64,000 nucleotides of DNA from Botryllus schlosseri. Lineage: Eukaryota. The position numbers and the translations under genes were made by a program. Of the stretch, positions 26,278 through 39,700 are shown one piece after another. The stretch is taken from NCBI GenBank assembly GCA_051294905.1, contig CM119371.1, forward strand, positions 35,218,001 through 35,282,000. The letters are read 5' to 3'. Below the pieces are notes generated by a model, which was given only the letters and a program-made list of their open reading frames with translations, searched no databases and was not told the origin of the DNA. The number at the start of each line of letters is the position of its first letter. The first letter of the stretch is position 1.

Positions 26278-26813
26278 TCCGAAGTCTATATGCTCTTCTT
26301 TGGGATAATGACACAAAAATGTTAAAGTACTGGTTTTGTTCCAACGAGATAGTGCAATGGTAGACGAGCGTTTGGCTTCGTGATCGATGGTGAGGGGTTG
26401 GTGTGTGAGCCGGGGTCCTGGGAGACTGGATCACATTAACTCGCAGCAATAGGATCGAGACCAGACGAAACGTAAAACTGGTATCCTCGGCTTCAGTATC
26501 AGTATCAGTTTATGACGATATATACTTTGGTAAATAAGGAGAAACTTAAAGCAACTAGTGATGAAAATGAATGACGCAAGTCGATAAACGAGGGTTGATC
26601 ACTGAGCTGATGTCAGGTCGAGGTCCGGTAATCTTGAGGGCTGACTCGTCTCTCAGCATTCCGGGAAGCATATAGGAGAATATATGATGATACTGACTCG
26701 AAAACCTACAAACGTTTTCTTCTCATCGTCATCGTCATAACACTTCGATGGTGCATACGAAAATGAAAGTGATCTCTCTCTCTCTCTCACTTGCGTCTGC
26801 ATGGTGCGTCTGC

Positions 26814-28027
26814 AAGGTGGGTGTCAGATTCCATAGACTACTCCTTGTCGCTTCGACATCTTCCTGTCTTTTCATTGTATCGCAAATTTGTGGTGTATTG
26901 AACTGATAAAATTGCTAATAAACCAATGATGATGATGGCAATCCTGATAACTTCGATGATACATACGACACCAGTGCTGCACAATCAGTTTCTATTTTTG
27001 GTTTGCTTTGCAAATCCCGAATTGACTATTGAGGATTTACTTTGTTGCTAAATAGTGGTCGATTGTTCTTTAATTTTGCGAGCGGCATTAAAAGAAGTTA
27101 CTGTGTTGATATATAGGAGGATAAGTTGAAAGAAGTACAGTGTCATCTGTGAAAATTGATCGAGATATGACTTCGAATTAACCTGCGTTGCTCCGTGTAT
27201 CGACTAGACCAGATACTTATATTATGTTTTGTTGACGTTATGGACGCGTGAATCCATCATCATTGGTTTATTAGCAATTTTATCAGTTCAATACACCACA
27301 AAAAATGCGATACAATGAAAGAAAGGAAGATGTCGAAGCGACTAGGTTGTCTATGGAATCTGACACCCACCTTGGCTTGGCCTAAGCGATGTAAAGAGGA
27401 GGCATGCACACTGAATGAAAGTAAAGAAGATAGTATAGAAAAAGAAAGCGACAAGAAATAGGGCGGCATGTCATGGATAGGTCAGTCGTGGTCCGGTAAT
27501 CTTGAGGATGGACTGTATTTATTTAGTAGTAATTGCTTGTATTTCGACTTGAATGTGGACATGCTCGTCGACTGTCGGATGGCCGGCGGGATCTGTCAAA
27601 CTCTATGTCTCGAGTTTTCCTCTGTCACTGTTGCATCAGTCGATCAGTGCATCATACTAAATTATTATGAAACGACCATACCGCCGAATATACTGGTATA
27701 TTTGCCGTTTTCATTCCATTACATAAGAAAGAATATATATTAACATCATCATCATCATTGGTTTATTAGCAATTTTATCAGTTCAATACACCACAAAAAA
27801 TGCGATACAATGAAAAGACAGGAAGATGTCGAAGCGACTAGGAGTTATCTATGGAATCAGACACCCAAGTTGGCCTAGGCGATGTAAAGAGGAGGCATGC
27901 ACACTGAATGAAAGTAAAGAAGATATAGTATAGAAAAGGAAGCGACAAGAAATAGGGCGGCATGTCATAGGAAGCGAGATCGATAGGTCAGTCGTGGTCC
28001 GGTAATCTTGAGGATGCACTGTATTTA
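26814..28027. mobile_element. Three short 3' copies of the CR1/L2-group LINE (26814-26937 +, 27254-27592 -, 27743-28027 -)
   Basis: Near-identical to the 3' end of 8095-8822, with (CAT)n tails. Confidence 0.85.
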
Positions 28028-28795
28028 CTTAGTAGTAATTGCTTGTATTATAGACTCGCCCAATCAATAATGCAATAATGATTATTGTATGGATATCTTT
28101 GCATGTATTAATGGTGCGATCCATTCGTCTTACCAATAACCCGAAAAAACTGCTGTAAAGTAAGCTTTAGTTATGCATGATTTAAGAATGCTAAATGTAG
28201 AATACCAGACTGAGGCTGGTTTTACTTACAAATTGGGCATGACGGCATTACCGAAGGATTTCTTGCACTGAATAATGATGTCATGGAACGGAACATTGTG
28301 CATGATGTTGCCACCAATTCTATACCTACCCTGGCTGGGATATAAGAGGCTAGTCAACTGTTCTATCCATTCCCTCTCAGTGTTATACAATTATTCGTAC
28401 GGTAATGTTATTTTTGAATAATAATAATACGTTCATACTAAAATGAACCCAAATATTTCTGGCTGACACTTGTCAGGGTTAGGGGTAATCTTCAGCTGAA
28501 GTTTCGTGTATTCGGGAAAGGCCGGTTATTCTTTCATATGTATACCTGGAGGCTGGAGTTGAGTTTTATCGAGATCTACAAAAGTAGGTTGTACCAACAG
28601 AATGAGTTTGTGTATACGTTGAGCCTATAAGCTCGTCTCGAACTTTCGAATGTCTTATGCCATTGATGCCATGATTATTTTGTGATGCTGATAGGCCTAT
28701 ACTATACGACAGTCGATGTATTATACAATTCTATAATGAAGTTCTGTATTACCTTCAAGAGTCTTTAAATACAATTTTTATTTATAGATCTTAAC

Positions 28796-29404
28796 ATGAC
28801 GTACAACTCCTCTTCGCAAGAAGACAGTCATCCATACGATGGGATATTATACGTTCTTTCGGACTCTGAACACTTTCTGTCCGAAAAGGAGGTACAGAAT
28901 TGTGTGGATTTAGATCCTCTGGCCGTGGAATTAAGATTAATGAAATCCTCAGAAGAAATGCGGGAGAAATTATTGGAAGTGAAACGCGCACACAGAGAAC
29001 TAATCTTTATGAATAAGGCAGCCGATATCTTGCGTTCCGAAGAGCTAAACGGCAAATTAAACTCGGTCGAACTGTTGTTGCAAGGTTTTGAGAGCTGTGT
29101 CGTGGAATCGCAGCATTTGCAGAACGCCTTGTCGAAACCATTCCTCGGTAATAATTTAAAAATAGAAAAAAAGTACCACGAAAGCGTTCAAAAGTTTCTA
29201 TTTGGTAGTGCGGACATGCTCCGTCGTTTTCAGTCTGTCGTAGATACGTTGCAGTGGCATAAAAAGGTTGACCTTTCTGGCGTTTCGGGGTCACTCCGTA
29301 AAATATCATCGGCCGTACAGGAATGCGAAAAGACATGGACTATTATCGATAAAGCGTTTACTCTTCTTAGAGAAAAGAGTGAGGAAGTGTTAAACGACAA
29401 CTGA
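28796..29404 (+). CDS. HAUS2: HAUS augmin-like complex subunit 2 (single coding exon, 202 aa)
   Basis: ELIFMNKAADIL...LQNALSKPFLGNNLKIEKKYH aligns by eye with human HAUS2 ELLKLEKDTADVV...[21 protein letters not shown]. Similar size and coiled-coil character. Confidence 0.75.
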   Translation: MTYNSSSQEDSHPYDGILYVLSDSEHFLSEKEVQNCVDLDPLAVELRLMKSSEEMREKLLEVKRAHRELIFMNKAADILRSEELNGKLNSVELLLQGFESCVVESQHLQNALSKPFLGNNLKIEKKYHESVQKFLFGSADMLRRFQSVVDTLQWHKKVDLSGVSGSLRKISSAVQECEKTWTIIDKAFTLLREKSEEVLNDN

Positions 29405-29488
29405 GCTTTGTAATTGGGTTTGGGCGCGACGATTTGAGCACTGTTACAGTTTCAATACTTGTTTTTCAACGTGGAGGCTGTAAACGCG

Positions 29489-29506
29489 ATTGGTTGTATG
29501 ACGTCA
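29489..29506. promoter_or_regulatory. Inverted CCAAT box plus perfect CRE (TGACGTCA)
   Basis: ATTGG at 29489 and TGACGTCA at 29499, between HAUS2 and the Munc18 ATG. Confidence 0.3.
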
Positions 29507-29549
29507 TCCAAAAATATGTAGTAGGCCTAGGCTACAGAGCCATGCACAT

Positions 29550-29861
29550 TAGGGCTCTTCAAAAATGACTCTTTTCTTAAATCATACTGGCTACTTGATA
29601 AAATTGTTAGGTTACCTAATTTAAGCCTACACACAAAATTTGATTCAATTCCAGCCAGTAACCGCTTTGCTACAGGAGAAGAAAGTTTCTATTTATTATA
29701 TAAAAATAAATAATAAAAAATTTGGAACTTTCTTCTGTAGCAAAGCGGTTACTGGCTGGAATTGAACCAAATTTTGTGTGTAAGCTTAAATTAGGTAACC
29801 TAACAATTTTATCAATTGGCTTGTACGATTTGAGAAAAAAAGTCATTTTTGTAGAGCCCTA
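29550..29861. mobile_element. hAT MITE family A (internally deleted)
   Basis: TAGGGCTC...GAGCCCTA, perfect 8-bp TSD ATGCACAT. Confidence 0.9.
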
Positions 29862-30745
29862 ATGCACATTAATGGGAATGAGATTCGGTGAACCCGTGTT
29901 AAACATACAGCATTTACGCAATCTAAAGTGAAATAGGTATGGCCTAAAAATGCTCAATTATATTCTTTGCGATCGCATAAAAGGTGCTTATTTGAACTGT
30001 CCACAGCATCCATACGACCATACATCGTAATGAGTGATTGTCTTGATATGAAACTGGAAGACTAATACTGAACTTGGCATCGAATCGATGAGGAGCTCGA
30101 TATTACCAAGCCATACTCATAATAAAGTGCCTTCAATAACATTCATGAATTCAAGGAGTTTTGCTGTGTATCTTGTAACCCATCTTGAGTCTGTTTTCCA
30201 ATTCGGCTGCACTAGTCCTTCCCATCATATGACCATTTTCTGGCTTGTCTATGGCCGCACCCGAGGATTTTGAATTGATAGCACCATCTTGTAATAACAT
30301 TATATGCATTGGAGCGTTCAATCACGTTATTTGTTGCAGTTATGAATTGTGCTATAATACGACTTGAATGTTTTAAACCAGTGTCTGATGTAGGTGCTAT
30401 TAATTTTTGTCAAACTTTGCATGATATGAGCTTAACGTTATGCTTGTCAGTGTAATGGTTATTTTTATGTAATTATTTCATACAAAATTGACTGGTCTTG
30501 CACTGCACGTAGATTACTATTGATTGCATGGACGCATTGTTACCTCATACCTTTTGAAGGATATCAGTCGGACTTTCAAAGTTGTTGAATTAAAGTATAT
30601 TGCTTTATATTTTTTGTTGCCGAGTAATTTTGGAATTGCTCTCAATTCATATTGTGTATTCTTTTGCAGCCAATTTTCAATTATTCAGTGAAAAATCTGA
30701 AATTGAGGTAGGGCTATATTGGTTGGTAAATAATACTTCTTCAAG

Positions 30746-33700
30746 ATGGCGTTGAAGGCGATGGTCAACGATCGTATCATGAAGGATATTATCATGAAAG
30801 TTTACAAGCCGAATGAGTGGAAGGTATTTGCTAGGCCTGGTTTGCTATAGTCATATTTGGTCATAACTTTAAACTTTTGTTTCCTTTTGGTGTTCTTAAA
30901 GGTTCCCTCCCCCATCTTGGTGTCGTTTGGTTACAAAGGCCACACACCCTTCCGTACCCTCCCCATACTACATTAGGACTGTACCTCCTTGGGATTTCAT
31001 TTGTCATATAGTTTTTCACATCGTTTCTATTCCTTATCAAGCCCAACACCTACTCATATAAACAATGTTTTTTTTTTTGCCTAAAAGTATAATGACAATA
31101 TGTTCTATATTATCTCTAAATGCAGATCGGTTTTCAACTGGAAGATTTCTGAATCTACGTTCATTGACTTGAATAATCCCAATATTACAGAAAGAATTTT
31201 CATACAGCTGCTATATTTGTCATCACAGATTAGTTTCAACTTGAATTTATGTCCGATTGACTTTGCAACATCCGAATTTTGGCATTCGCGTATCTTTGTG
31301 CACTTGATCAAGCTTGCATATTATTGTTATGTTACATTTATGACTCCCAGTTTTGTATTTTTATTGCGTGCTTAGTGCTTACATTGTGACGTAACACTTT
31401 ACGATTGCTTGTCGTTTGAATCTCTCTTTCTGCATGATGCCATTTACTATTGATAATGGCACACAAGAAGTTGTTTGAGTCTCCATGATGATAATGCCAA
31501 TTTGAAGTTGTGAAGGATATTTGACTTTGAAGTTTGTAATCATTTTGAAAATATTCAACCTCAACTGTATATTCCTGGTAAATTTTCTAGCAAAATGGTA
31601 ATCGCATCAAATTTTTCGCCAGGTGTTGATCCTGGATAGGCTGAGTGTCCGAATTGTCTCGTCTTGCTGTAAGATGACAAATATCATGAACAAGGGCATC
31701 ACATGTAAGTTGGAATATTCATGATTATGGCACTGTTGGTAGTGACAACCTTACGAAATCGCGTAGAATTTTGAACACGGCTCACAACTGGCTTTGAGAA
31801 ACTGGAAGATATTATATGCATTCTGTGGCACTATACCGTAGTTGCTATTTTATTGCTGTGATAATATTACTAGCTGTCAAAACCTGTTATGTAGGCTATA
31901 TTGAGATTATGTGTTTGATCATAATACCAGTTCATAGAGGGGTTTAAATTTTCGTAATAGTCTACCATCATGTATCAGTGAAATGATAGCTGCGAAAGTC
32001 CTGCCATGGACATTATCACTTCTTGTCTGAAACTAATCACACACAATTCAATTGTTTCTCAACTAAGGTATCTATGTGTTCAGTCCTTACCATGATTAGC
32101 AGTCAATTCTCAGCCTGAGATTGAGTTGTAACTCACAATAATCTGATAATTTCAGTAACCAGGCCTTGGTGTCAAACAACTAGTGTCCGGGAGTAATCAA
32201 TATCATACATTCTAGGATTAGCCTTCTTCAAAATTGTGCGTGATGTCAACTTGTCATAATAATGTCAATTCGACTTTATTGACACCACAGGCCTAAACAA
32301 TCAATTGAACATACATAGCTGTTGTACCATATGTGAATCAGTGAATAAACATTCATAGCTAATTTCATGGCAGTCCAAATCATAATGTCTGCTTTCAATG
32401 GCACTGAATTAATGCAATTATTTTGAATTTGTTGGGCATAAATTATTGCTAATTGGGGACCACAAGATATTGACCTAGGTGTTTTCAGTAGTAGCCCTAC
32501 TTCACAAGAATGAATTGGAACAGGTTGGGTAATAATGAATGCATACCATCAATGAACTGCATACATTGCAATTGCAAGGCTGGCTGCAACAACAAGTCTT
32601 GTTGAAGCAGCAACTTGGCAAGCTCATATCAAACTGTACAATGAAATACGTCTTCCGTCATTGCTATGTTATTTCTCCTTCCTGAGTGTGGGATTATGAT
32701 TCACTATTCTAATAGTTGATAGTATGAGGCACACGCTCCTGATCAATATTCTAGTCAAAGCTAAAAGTAGCACGATCTATTATATAACAAATCAGGGATT
32801 TCTGTTGGCCGTAACTTTGTGATTTGGTTGTCAGAGAATTGGCAAGTTATCACGAGTTTCTATTGATGCCGCCGAAGCCACTAATATATTTGAAAATGTC
32901 ATCTGTCGTGTGTGTTGTGATTACAACGTGAACCTAACTTGAAATGGCAACTATAATAAATGATAAAGAATTGGTTACAATTTTATTCAAATCCAAAATT
33001 CTTCGACGGCGATAACTCCGCTTCCAGTGGTTGGAATTGAGCCAAATTTGGTGAACACCGTTTCTGTAGACACCCTTAACACTTTCATGGGGTGAACGGA
33101 AAATTTTGAAATTTTTGTTCATTTATTTTTATGTAATAAATAGAATCTTTGTACTCCTGTAGCAATGCGGCTGCTGGCTGGAATTGAACCAAATTTGGTG
33201 TGTAGGCTTAAATTAGGTAACCTAACAATTCTATCAAGTAGCCAGTACGATTTGAGAAAAAAAGTCATTTTTGAATGCCCCTAACGAACATAACAGTTTG
33301 TTGACTGCCAACATACTAGATTGGTTTGTTCAGGTCGGGTCGTGACATAACAAATATTTTCGCAGTGGTCGAGGATCTGAAGAAAAAGCGACAGCCGCTC
33401 CCGTCGCTAGAGGCTGTTTATTTCATCACGCCGACCGAGGACTCGGTGCATAAGATGATCAACGATTTTGAGGACGGAAAAGGACCGAGATATAAGGGGG
33501 CTCATATCTTCTTCACCGACAGTACGTTGAAAATCTGATTGAATATTCTGATGTGTGTTTTGGTCGGGGCTGTAACGGCCAGTCAGGGCTGTAACGGCCA
33601 GAGTCAATCAAAGTAGCTTATGTTCATTTTTTTCAAATTTTCATATTTTTACGGCTATGTTTAATCTTTATGTTTGTCACATTGTTCCAAAGTTAACCAT

Positions 33701-36700
33701 TGCCAAGATATAATGCCCGAAAGAAAATGAAAACTTTACATAAATTTTCTCAAATTGCGTAAAATGGATATAGACTACTCTGATTTCTAGGGCCTTTTTT
33801 AATCCAAAAAACGGAAGATTTTGACCTGAAAATTTGAATTTTGACATATCTTGAGCCCTAAAAAGCTTGATTTTGACAAAATTTTGACCTTGTGTGCGTA
33901 AATTAGGTGTTTTCTTACATAATGTTATTATTGTAGGAGTACTACTTATCTTCATTTCTGGTTGGAGTTATCTGTCCTAACAAAGTAGTTTGGACTGAAA
34001 AACCTCTTGACTCGAAAACTAACAAATTTTTACAAAGAAAAACCCTATTTTTGCAAAATCTGGACCTACGAAGAACCCCAGTAGTTAGGCTACATCTCGC
34101 ATTGACATGTTAGAGAAAAACCGGCCCATTGATTACGCAATTAAAAACATGGTAATAATCGAAGAAAAACAATCCCTGTTGCTAGATCTGATGTTTTGAA
34201 TTTCGATAGGCCTAGTCATTACTTATCTTTTTGCTTATAGCTGACACATTCTAGCTCTTAGTTGGAGATCCCCATGATTCATTTGTTGGTAATATGTATC
34301 AACTACTGCCAGATAATGTTTGCCGAGATCGCGACCTTGATCAAGAGGGGATCAATTCATCTTGTATCGATAGCTGGAACGTTCCGTGCAAGTGCAAGTG
34401 AACTATGAAAATGCAATCATGCTGACGAAGAATCTATTTAACTCTTGCTGGCACTTGGCTCCAAAATTAATCACAGCGTATTGATTTGTGAATAGTGCCG
34501 TAAGGGTAGTCATGTTCTTGTGAATTTGGCATCTTTGAATGGGTCGAATTTCCAGTATAAGAATGGGGGAATTGTCAAGAATAGGGACTGTTTAAACCAG
34601 TGATGCGTGTCTCGGTAATTGGCTATAGCACCCAACACAGTGACCTTGGATATGTAGGCTATAAAGTATAAGCCAATCCACAAGACATCGTGCAAAGCGC
34701 AAAGAAATTTTTCGTGAATTTTAGCAAATATTTCACACATATTAAAAGATTGTTTCGGTTCATTCGTGATCCAAATTTATACCCCTACTTTAAGAACCCC
34801 TATGTCACAAACTACAAAACAGTTTTGGTTTCTAATCTTACCGACGATAACTCTCGATTATAACAGCTTGCGGAGAAAGCCTCTTCAAGGAGATATGTCA
34901 ATCGAGGATCTCAAAGTTTACCCGTTCCATCGTCGAGATCAATATCGCGTTTCTTCCGTACGAATCACAGGTAGGAGTGTAGCTCTGTGACTATTTAATA
35001 GTATGGCGTGTTGGTGTTGTTAGGAGGCCTACAAGAGTTCATAGAGTAGAGAATGGTAGTTAGTTAAAATTTGAAAGATGTATCTTTGTGGTGAACGAGA
35101 AATGACTGATGACGCCTCAAATAGCTACAATCTCCGAAAATATATGGAGTTAACGTGACACAGGGCCTAGTTCACGTGGCTCGTATGAGAATTTCACTGG
35201 TTAAAGCCAAGATTCCCAATCGTTTTCACACCGTGGGCCCCTTTGAAAATTTTGGAATATCAAAGACCCCCCTGTTTTTTCGAGTGTCGGCTTTCCTGGT
35301 TTTATTGACTCGTTAGTCAGAAATGTTGAACATAGAACACATTGGGGCTCACAAATTCCTTTCCCATGTAGTGTAGTTATGTAAATCGTAACTTTAACCC
35401 TAATTCCGTCTCTGTTGCTGATTTAGCCATTCCGGAATAGTGATATTAAAATCTAGAAAGGCAAAAACAAAGAAAGTAAACTCAAGATCAAGAAGTAGCC
35501 TATTGTTGTAAGCAACTAACACAATTTTAATCTAATTCTTTTGTCATAGTGGATGTCTACTCTACTATAACATGCCCCACCTGCAGCGGTAGGGTGATGC
35601 AAACTTGTCATGAAGCTGCCTATACTTTCCGTATTACATCTGGCGCTGTCAACGTCTCGCTGTTCAGGTGTACACGTTGGACTGCCCGGACTCTTTTGAG
35701 TACACCTTCAGCCCCAATCATCAGGAGCGTAGGAACAAGGGCCTAGAGCGTATCGGGGAGCAATTGGCGACGCTCTGCGCCATCCTGGGAGAGTATCCAG
35801 CTATCAGATTCAAAAGGTAAGGCTGTCTTTGCTCAGATTTGTACAAACTATAAATCTAGCCTGTTCCCAGTTAAGTAACTGCTGGTTTTTTAGTAGTTCT
35901 GGTTCTGGTTGCGTATGTTGAAAAGTAAGCAGTCCTAGTTTTGGTTGCGAGTTTTGATATGTGGGTAGTTTCAGTTCTAGTTCTAGTTGCGAGTTTTGAA
36001 AAGTGAGTATTTCTAGTTCTAATTACTAGGTCGATTTTTTTGACCTAAAAACGAAAGATTTTGACCTAAAAATTCTAAATTTTGACATATTTTCACCTAA
36101 AAAAACTGAATTTTGACCAAATTTTGACCTCGCGTATGCAAATTAGGTGTTTTCGCACATTATGTTAAAATTGCACTACTTACCTTCATTTCTGGTGGGA
36201 ACTGTCTGCCCTTACAAAGTAGTTTGACCTGAAAAAACGTTTTTGGCGCAAAAACTGACAAATTTTTACGTGAAAAATATAGTATTTTAACGAAATCCAG
36301 CCCTGTGAACTATTCCTGTAGTTACATCACGTATTAAGGTACCGTAAACCGGGGTAACTTTGGACAATTTTCAACAATTTTGCTCTGTTTCTTGGAAATG
36401 CTAAGGTGTAGGGGAGGCAAGTTTTGTGGTTTTTTTGGGTCATGGAACAAAGATTAGAATTAACCAATCCAAAATCTTCATGGTCATAAATAAGTACCTT
36501 ATTTTTGTAAATTGTCCATGCATGTGGGGTAACTTTGGACAGTCTAGTTTGTTGTATGCCTTTACACCGTGTTTATGAAACCTCCTATATGAGGCTTATT
36601 TGGTAAGAGTTGATGAGAGCAGTGGCTAAAACTGAAACAAAATAGTATATGACTGGCCTATTGCATGATTTTTACCTAATCCCCCCCGCCCCCCCCCAAA

Positions 36701-39700
36701 AAAAATAAAATTAGGTAGTTTATGAAGACTTTAATGCCCCTTGATTCATCTGTTATCTCAATTTTCCTCCATGCCGTCACCAATTGGGATAACATATGGT
36801 GATAAGGGGTATCCCACTGGCAGTGTCAGCAATCGACAGCAAACATTAAGCATGTTACCATGATTTATTGCCGATTTCAAATATTTTACTGTAGGCCTAC
36901 TTTAAAAGATGCACTTTCCATTTCTTATGTCCTCTGATGGATATTTTGTCGTAATTTACCATAGGCTATCCCATATTCAGCAGCCGCATCTTTAAGAGTA
37001 CGGTATGTGATAAGTTTTTGAAGTAGCTTACACCCAATAACAATCTCTCAGCTCATTGCCTACCCATTTTTTTCATGTTTTGGCAAACTCTTAATTTATT
37101 AACCTCCTCATTCCATTTTAAAAAGATATCAGGCCGGTCATAAGGAATATAGTTGACGATACACTTTGACACAGATGAAACAGCCACTTTACAGAGCTCT
37201 AAATATCACATTTTTCACTGTCCCAAGTTACCCCGTTTTGATAAAATTTGACAGGGTAACTTTGAACATCACAATTTCTTGTATTGATCTAAGGGTGAGC
37301 CCAGTGAGATTTTTACCATGGATTAAGACTTAGAGGTATCTGCTGCCAAGTTTTTAATCTATGTATCACATGCCATCTATGTTTGGTTGTAAGAAGTTTG
37401 ATGGCCATCAATTTTGTTGAAATTGACCCCTGCCATTAATTTATCTATGTTGGGTCAAGTTTATCTGGTAGTGAAATGCATCCACCTTTTAGACAACTTG
37501 TGGTACTGTTGCCTCATGAAAAAGAATTGGACATCCAGCGGCAACCCTTTTCCAACAATAACCATTTAAATCTTTTACTTCTTCGTGTCCAAAGTTACCC
37601 CGGTATACGGAAATTATTATTTAAAAATTCATTGCTCATATCGTAGAGGATGAAAACCGCGGTTTCTATGAAATAATTGTCTTTTGTGGTGGTAATCATG
37701 TTGTTAAATGTCGGCATTCAATATCTTTTGTCATATTTCTTACAGCGAAGACCAAAACTGTCTTCTCCTGGCTCAGTTTCTGCAGAGCAAGTTGGACTCT
37801 TTCAAGGTAGGTCGTAAGTCAATCTCTCTTATATAGTTTTGACTCGAGTCAAGCCGAGTCATTTTCAATTCACCGCCGAGTCAAGTCCGAGTCCAAGTCA
37901 TTGTGTTGAATGTATGGTTTTGAGTTCATTCTGGCTCGACCCACTTTTTTGACTCTACTCAAGTGACATACAATGGCTCGCATTCATAATATAGTAATTC
38001 TCCTCAGTCTTAACAGTTTCTGGCCCTATTTTCCAAGTATCAGGACTAATAGACGAAATATGAATAACGTGGTGACTTTACTATCCTTCGAAATTACAAT
38101 GAAATATCTGTCTTGGCCGTCCTAGTATCGAGTCATATGACTTGGTTCGAATCGTGCATAATGACTCGAGTCAATACAAAAATTGACTCGGGTCAAGTCT
38201 ATTCACCAAAAAATTACGACTCAAGTCATTACAACCAAGTCATTATGTAAAATTTGACTCTATTTTACCCCAGGCTGACAACCCGACCATGGGAGACGGC
38301 CCGGACAAGTCCCGATCTCAATTGATACTGATCGGCCGGGGCTTCGACCCGGTTTCGGCGCTGGTCCACGAGCTGACCTACCAAGCTATGGTGTATGACT
38401 TGTTGCCAGTCGAAAACGATGTTTACAAGTATGTGTAATAATCAGCAGTGTTACAACTAATTCCATTACTTCCTATTCAAATACAAGTAGAAGTGATAAT
38501 TTCCTAGCTATGCCAAAATTGTTTTGAGTCCAAGAGATCTCAAGCGTACTCCAGTTAAAGTGGTTTCAAAAGTTACCAGTGAATTTGGTAGTAGATATGT
38601 AATAACTAGGGCGATTATTTCTTGACATTGCTAAAGATACGATTGTTGATATACAATGTTCTTTCCAATTCCCTGCTAGTTGCTGACGATTACCCCTGAC
38701 GAGTGTCAGCCGAAAATGTTCGGGTTCATTTCAATATGAAGTTACTATCCAATTGTATATTGAAGTTCTGTACCTCCAAGTACCTGCAAATCGTTGGCGT
38801 CGTAGGTTGCACTGCCGGTTAGGGGTAGGCCTACCAAATTTTTTTTTACCCAAAATCCGAAGATTTTGATCTAAAAAATCCAAATTCTGACATTTTTTGA
38901 CAACTTGATTTTGACCAAATTTTGACCTAACGTATGCAAATTAGGTGATTTCCCACATAATGTTAGAATTGTAGTACATATATTCATTTCTGGTTGGAAC
39001 CGTCTGGTATTACGAAGTACTTCGGCCTGAAGAAACTTTTTTGCCTCAAACTGACAAATTTTTACGTAAAGAAGCTTTATTTTAACAAAATCTGGCCCTA
39101 TGAAGAATTCCAGATACATCACGTATTATCGTAGAAATAATTAAAATCTGTTGCAGTCCAACGAAAGATACTTTCCTACATTCTCGTGTAGGGAGTGTGT
39201 GTCCTTAATAAGTAGCTTGCCAAAAATGGATAAAGAACGTTCAACAGCAGCAGTTGTTGGCTGACAACACTGAAGTTGTGCGTGCACTGCTGGTGACAAA
39301 ACTTGTTGCTTCATTCTGGCGATGTTGTCTACATCACAATTTTTCATCATGCGCTTCTTGATATAAGAATCATGCAATGCCCACGCAATCTTGCTTCAGT
39401 TGGGACATCGGTACGTTGAGCACAACACCATGTCAACCCATTTGTTTCATTTGAATGTTTATGATTCACAATGAGCAGACAATTAGCCGTCTACAACGGT
39501 AGGCCTATAAAGTAGGCTACAAGCTGTAAAATGTCAAATGATAAGTTCCCCGACAGTGCAAAATTGATTTTTAGGTCGAAATCTTCATTTTTTTCGGTAA
39601 AAAAAATCGCCCTAGTACTCAGTAGGCTACTTCTTAGTTTACAAAATGAAAAGTTTGAAGAAGCTAGTATGTTTGCTTCAAAAACTGGTAAATATACTTG

